From: Octopus sinensis
Taxonomy: Eukaryota
Direction: 5' to 3'
NCBI RefSeq assembly: GCF_006345805.1
Contig: NC_043016.1
Location: 21,576,001-21,640,000 of the forward strand
Length of the DNA stretch: 64,000 nt
Made by a program: the position numbers and the translations under genes. Numbering within the stretch: the first letter of the stretch is position 1; each line of letters begins with the position of its first letter. The notes under the pieces were generated by a model. That model saw only the letters and a list, made by a program, of their open reading frames with translations, was not told the DNA's origin and searched no databases. Positions 63,538 through 64,000 of the stretch are shown here, piece after piece.

Positions 63538-63900
63538 ATCTTTTACTTGTTTCAGTCATTAGACTACGGCTATGCTGGGGCACCACATTGAAGAGTATTA
63601 GATGAACCAACACTAATTTTTTCTTCTAAGCCTGGTACTCACTCTATTGGTGTCTGTTGCAAAACCACTAAGATATTGGGGTTTTAAAGAAACCACCAAT
63701 GGTTGTCAAACTGTGGCATAGGGAAAACCCAGACACACACACACATATATATATATTAATGAGCTTCTTTCAGTTTCTGTCTACCAGACTACCAAATCCA
63801 CTTACATGGCTTTGGTCAGCCTGAAGCATTAGCAGAAAACATTTGCTAAAGATGGGACTTATACTGGAACTATGTGGTTAGGAAGCAAACTTCTTATCAC
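63538..63900 (-). mobile_element. Diverged SINE
   Basis: Same family, degenerate. Confidence 0.65.
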
Positions 63901-64000
63901 AGTCACACTTATACCTATATACACACCAATCACAACTCTAATGTATATTTTTGCATGAACACACACCTAACAAGATGGCTAAACTGTTACCATTACAAAG

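Overview
AT-rich, repeat-dense eukaryotic DNA. The SINE/LINE families and huge (TA)/(TACA) microsatellites resemble those of Octopus (inference, no database search). The one well-supported host gene is the 3' half of a divergent SNX5/6/32-type sorting nexin (BAR-domain C-terminus, six short + strand exons, 13631-28117). Two tentative chains of short minus-strand exons with compatible phases were also seen; one would interdigitate with the sorting nexin's last intron. The rest is mostly transposon debris: RTE, CR1-like and R4/Dong-like LINEs, a Penelope-like element (RT end plus GIY-YIG), Helitrons, Tc1/mariner elements, piggyBac-like MITEs and tRNA-derived SINEs. The most interesting signal is an inverted, tandem array of a ~356-bp non-coding monomer (42584-44218) inside giant TA microsatellites. 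Each monomer carries a minimal type I hammerhead ribozyme with the compensatory U3:A8 core (UUGAAAA) and a palindromic stem III, i.e. a retrozyme-like array. Unrelated repeats at 13490 and 47693 carry the same variant core, and a further variant lies at 6228. All RNA folds and exon models were read by eye and need computational and experimental confirmation.
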